A DNA stretch of 64,000 nucleotides from an uncultured delta proteobacterium (GTDB taxonomy: Bacteria > Desulfobacterota > Binatia > DP-6): NCBI GenBank assembly GCA_963815115.1, contig CAWFFN010000009.1, forward strand, positions 1,504,001-1,568,000, in the 5' to 3' direction. The position numbers and the translations under genes were made by a program. Position 1 is the stretch's first letter. Each line of letters starts with the position of its first letter. The notes beneath the pieces were generated by a model. It was not told the DNA's origin. It saw only the letters and a program-made list of their open reading frames with translations, and did not search any database. This document shows positions 58,365 to 64,000 of the stretch, piece by piece.

Positions 58365-59038
58365 GGCTCCCGCTCGCCGAGCCGAAAGCCCGCCCCCCGC
58401 ACGGTGTGCAGCAGCGGAGGCGACCCGGGGAGATCGAGCTTTCGCCGAAGCCGGCTCACGTGAACGTCCACGAGGTTCGAGAGTCCCTCGTAGCTCGAAT
58501 CCCAGCAGCTCTCGAGCAGCATCGTCCGGGTGATGAGCTCTCCCGCGTGACGCATGAAGTACTCGAGGATCGCGAACTCCTTGGTCGTGAGCACGAGGAT
58601 CCGCCCCTGACGACGCACCTCGAAGCGCGCCGGGTCGAGCTCCAGGTCGCTGACGCGCAGGATGGTGGACGCGACCGGCACCCCGCGTCGCAGCAGCGCG
58701 CGCAGGCGAGCGAGGAGCTCCGGGAACGCAAACGGCTTCTGCAGATAGTCGTCGGCGCCGGCGTCGAGGCCCGCGACGCGGTCGGCGACGTCGCCGCGTG
58801 CCGTGAGAACGAGCACGGGTATCGCGAGCTCCCGCTCCCGGATGTGATGCAACACCGTGAGCCCGTCACCGTCCGGCAGGCCGCGGTCGAGGATCAGCAC
58901 GTCGTACTCGCCGAGCCGCAGCAGGCCGAGGCACTCGCCGGCGCTGCCCGCCGTGTCGACGGCGAACCCGGCGCCACGCAGCCCCCGCGCCACGGCGGCG
59001 ACCAGCGCCGCGTCGTCCTCGACGAGGAGCAGCTTCAT
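58361..59038 (-). CDS. OmpR-family response regulator (CusR/CzcR-like)
   Basis: LLVEDD, ILD, GADDYL.KPF, NLVDVHVSRLRRK, HTVRGAG. Confidence 0.95.
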   Translation of the reverse strand: MKLLLVEDDAALVAAVARGLRGAGFAVDTAGSAGECLGLLRLGEYDVLILDRGLPDGDGLTVLHHIRERELAIPVLVLTARGDVADRVAGLDAGADDYLQKPFAFPELLARLRALLRRGVPVASTILRVSDLELDPARFEVRRQGRILVLTTKEFAILEYFMRHAGELITRTMLLESCWDSSYEGLSNLVDVHVSRLRRKLDLPGSPPLLHTVRGAGFRLGEREP

Positions 59039-59121
59039 CGCACGCTACGGATTGGAATCGACCCGCATCCTGCGCCCTCGGCGATTCATGACCTGCCCGT
59101 GGGCGATTCGCATCGCCGCCC

Positions 59122-59155
59122 AGGGTAGCGCTGGGATCGTGAAGCGGCGGTGAAG
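59122..59155 (-). promoter_or_regulatory. OmpR-family tandem box plus -10 (autoregulatory promoter)
   Basis: Minus strand CTTCAC-N5-CTTCAC-N11-TACCCT; 11-bp period. Confidence 0.6.
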
Positions 59156-59244
59156 CCCGAAATCGGCCGCGGCGATGCCGAGCCGAGCGGAAGGCAGCGT
59201 CGGACGCCAGCAACGGCCTCGACGACCGCCCTGGCGGCGTGCCG

Positions 59245-59640
59245 CTAGTTGATCACGTTGTGGCCGCGGTTCCGCATGCAGGTGCGGAACGCCGACTGGT
59301 AGTTCTGGTCGGCTTCGATGCCCTGGTAGGTGCCGCCGCCGAGGCCCCCGGCCGCCGCGCCGATCGCGGCACCTTTGCCAGCGTTGCCGGACGCGGCGCC
59401 GATGGCTGCGCCCGAGGCTGCGCCGATGAGGCCGCCCACCACGCCGCCGGTGGCGGCCTGGGCGGCGGTACCACCGGACGCCTGGCGTGCCAGCTCGCGG
59501 CAGTCCGCTTCGTCACGGCTCAGATACGCGGCATTGGGGTCGCCCATCGGGTCCACCACGGGCCGGTAGCCGCCGTACTCGGCACAACCCACGCTGGCGA
59601 GCGCCGCGCCCAACAACAACATCCTGACAGTCCTCGGCAT
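59245..59640 (-). CDS. Glycine-zipper lipoprotein
   Basis: ASVGC lipobox; GxxxG/A zipper; CMRNRGH C-terminus; GGGAGGG RBS. Confidence 0.88.
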   Translation of the reverse strand: MPRTVRMLLLGAALASVGCAEYGGYRPVVDPMGDPNAAYLSRDEADCRELARQASGGTAAQAATGGVVGGLIGAASGAAIGAASGNAGKGAAIGAAAGGLGGGTYQGIEADQNYQSAFRTCMRNRGHNVIN

Positions 59641-59765
59641 CTGGTCCCTCCCTGTCACCGTCAACATCGTAAGCTTGTCAGAGTCACTATCCAGGTCAAG
59701 GCCTGACGCCCGGCCGGCGTCGCCGGGGTAGGCACACCGCCAGGCGATGAGATACAGAAGGCGCC

Positions 59766-60536
59766 ATGGGTGATCTCTTCTCCATCGCGAACAAGGTGGC
59801 GCTGGTCACGGGCGGATCGCGCGGCATCGGCCTGATGATCGCGCGCGGCTACGTGGAGGCCGGGGCGAAGGTCTACGTCTCGTCGCGCAAGCAGGACGCA
59901 TGCGAGAAGGTTGCGGCGGAGCTCTCCCGCGTCGGAACCTGCATTCCGCTCGCGGCCGACTGTGGAACCCGGGCGGGATGCGACGGGCTCGGCAAAGCGC
60001 TCGCCGAGCGCGAGCCGGCGCTCCACATCCTGGTCAACAATGCCGGCGCCAACTGGGGCGCGCCGCTGCTCGAGTATCCCGACGAGGCGTGGGACAAGGT
60101 GCTCGCCCTGAACGTCAAGGCAATCTTCCACTTGACCCGCGCCTGCCTGTCGATGCTGAAGCAGGCCGCGGCGCCGGGCGATCCGGCGCGGGTGATCAAC
60201 ATCGGCTCGATCGACGGACTCCACGTCCCGCTGCTCGAGACCTACGCCTACTCGGCGAGCAAGGCGGCCGTGCACCACCTGAGCCGCACCCTGGCCGTGC
60301 GCCTCGCTCCCGACAACATCACCGTGAACGCCGTGGCGCCGGGACCATTCGAGAGCAAGATGATGCACGAGACGCTCGAGCGCTTCCGGGACGCGATCGT
60401 CGGCACCTGCCCGCTGGGACGCATCGGCGAGCCGGACGACATGGCCGGAGTAGCCATCTACCTCGCCTCGCGCGCCGGGGCCTACGTCACCGGAGCGGTC
60501 ATCCCGGTCGACGGGGGCATCACGGTGCGGCCCTAG
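59766..60536 (+). CDS. SDR oxidoreductase (RhlG-like)
   Basis: TGGSRGIG, NNAGANWG, GSIDG, YSASK, APGPFESKM. Confidence 0.93.
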   Translation: MGDLFSIANKVALVTGGSRGIGLMIARGYVEAGAKVYVSSRKQDACEKVAAELSRVGTCIPLAADCGTRAGCDGLGKALAEREPALHILVNNAGANWGAPLLEYPDEAWDKVLALNVKAIFHLTRACLSMLKQAAAPGDPARVINIGSIDGLHVPLLETYAYSASKAAVHHLSRTLAVRLAPDNITVNAVAPGPFESKMMHETLERFRDAIVGTCPLGRIGEPDDMAGVAIYLASRAGAYVTGAVIPVDGGITVRP

Positions 60537-60755
60537 CGAAGCGCTCCGAGGAGGCTTGAAGCGGCGACGGCGACGGGCTGTCGAAGCTGATGCCCGCCGC
60601 CGCCGCCATCGGATGCCCGCCCGTGATTCGCGGCACGCTCGCGGACGAACATCCGACATCAGCGACGACGTGATGACCCCGCGGGGTGTGTCACCGCGAA
60701 CGCGGCGTGCGACCCGACTTGCGATGTGCCGGGGCCAGCCGTACGAACGAGGCGT

Positions 60756-62069
60756 ATGCGAGTCCGCCTCGACTACGGCCGCAGCGGCCTCGAGGTGGAT
60801 CTCCCCGAGGAGATCCATCCCCTCCTGATCCGGCGCCCCGGCGTGGCGCCGCTCGACGATCCCGCCGGGGCCGTGCGCGAGGCCTGTGCACGGCCGATCG
60901 GCACGCCGTCGCTCACCGAGCTGGCGCGCGGGCGGCGGAGCGCGGTGGTTGTGATCTCGGACCGGACGCGTCCGATTCCCTACGCGGTCGTCCTGCCGCC
61001 GCTTCTGGACGCCCTGGAGTCGGGCGGGATCGCCCGCGACCGCATCGAGATCCTGGTCGCCACCGGCCTCCATCGCCCGTGCACCGCCGAGGAGCTCGTC
61101 GAGATGGCGGGCGCGGAGGTCGTGGCGCGCTACCGCTGGCGCAACCACGCCGCGCGATCGGTGGAAGAGCACGCGCATCTCGGCCGCACGAGTCAGGGCA
61201 CCGAGATGCTCATCGACCGCGGCTACCTCGACGCCGAGCTGAAGGTCATCACCGGGCTCATCGAGCCGCACCTGATGGCCGGGTACTCGGGCGGAGCGAA
61301 GGCCGTGGCGACGGGTATCGCGGCCACCGACACCATCCGCCGCACGCACGGCCCCGACATGCTCGAGGCCGAGGTGGGTCCGGGCATCGTCGAGGACAAT
61401 CCCTTCCGTGCCGACCTGCTCGAGGTCGCGCGCCGGGCCGGCGTCGACTTCCTGCTGAACGTCACCACCGATCGCCAGCGGCGCCTCACCGGAGTCTTTG
61501 CGGGCGAGCTGGAGCAGGCGCACGCCGCGGGGATGGCCGCCGTCGAGCGCCACGTGCGCGTCGATCTACCCGCGCCGGTCGACGTCGTGGTGACCTCCGC
61601 GGGCGGCCATCCGCTCGACCTCACCTTCTACCAGGCGATCAAGGGGCCCGTGGCCGCGCTCAACCTGATCCGGCGCGGCGGGACGGTGATCCTCGCCGCT
61701 TCGATGGGGGAGGGCCTCGGGAGCGCCGACTTCCAGCGCCTGCTCGACCGCCTGCGCACCGGAGAGAGCGCCATGCCGCTCCTCACCTCGCCGGGCTTCT
61801 TCTGCATCGATCAGTGGATGGTGCAGCACCTCGACCAGGTGCTGCGGCAGGTCGCGCTGCAGGTGGTCTCCGACGGGCTTCCGCCCGAGGCGCTGCGTGG
61901 GTTGCCGCTCGGACGTGCGGACAGCGTCGAGGAGGCGGTAGCGGACGCGCTGCGACGACACGGCCCGCACGCGCGCGTCGCCGTCATCCCGGAGGGCCCG
62001 TACGTCCTGCCGACCGTCCGGGGACGCATGCTGCCCCTCGGCCGCGGCGCGCACGACGCGGCGGCCTGA
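60756..62069 (+). CDS. larA: Nickel-pincer-dependent racemase/epimerase, LarA family
   Basis: SDRTRP, ATGLHRP, EPHLMAGYSGGAK, RTHG, FYQAIKG; substrate not determinable. Confidence 0.88.
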   Translation: MRVRLDYGRSGLEVDLPEEIHPLLIRRPGVAPLDDPAGAVREACARPIGTPSLTELARGRRSAVVVISDRTRPIPYAVVLPPLLDALESGGIARDRIEILVATGLHRPCTAEELVEMAGAEVVARYRWRNHAARSVEEHAHLGRTSQGTEMLIDRGYLDAELKVITGLIEPHLMAGYSGGAKAVATGIAATDTIRRTHGPDMLEAEVGPGIVEDNPFRADLLEVARRAGVDFLLNVTTDRQRRLTGVFAGELEQAHAAGMAAVERHVRVDLPAPVDVVVTSAGGHPLDLTFYQAIKGPVAALNLIRRGGTVILAASMGEGLGSADFQRLLDRLRTGESAMPLLTSPGFFCIDQWMVQHLDQVLRQVALQVVSDGLPPEALRGLPLGRADSVEEAVADALRRHGPHARVAVIPEGPYVLPTVRGRMLPLGRGAHDAAA

Positions 62070-62116
62070 CGATCGCAGACGCCGCATCGTGCGGGTCGTG
62101 GAAGATCAGTCGTAGG

Positions 62117-64000
<1,884 letters not shown>

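Overview
High-GC bacterial chromosome segment with about 70 genes. I saw no rRNA, tRNA, CRISPR array, integrase or transposase. Gene content (F420-type LLM oxidoreductase, HpnR, three Uma2 genes, actinobacterial-like sterol side-chain enzymes, RRM-type Rbp, sigma54 sites) suggests Candidatus Binatia/Binatota; this is inference only. Housekeeping genes are argS, asd, tag and tesB. Lipid/steroid-type catabolic genes include a DUF35-thiolase fusion, a ChsE-type acyl-CoA dehydrogenase pair, a CYP142-like P450, a MaoC protein, acyl-CoA ligases and SDRs. Also present: hpnR, a LarA-family enzyme, a Phd/PIN toxin-antitoxin pair, a decayed heavy-metal-type two-component/TolC locus and two large secreted-type proteins. 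Best candidates for something undescribed: (1) a 6-9 kb island of nine small proteins around an RRM gene, with back-to-back sigma70 promoters, a switchable anti-SD leader and adjacent orphan sigma54 promoters; (2) a C-terminal beta domain plus 'GSASGAFLD' tail on a diheme protein that may be a sorting signal; (3) an OmpR-type box shared by two loci 37 kb apart; (4) a dockerin inserted inside an Ig domain of an M11 peptidase. Two genes carry clustered +1 insertions that are most likely sequencing errors. All family calls come from motif recognition by eye; no database searches were run.
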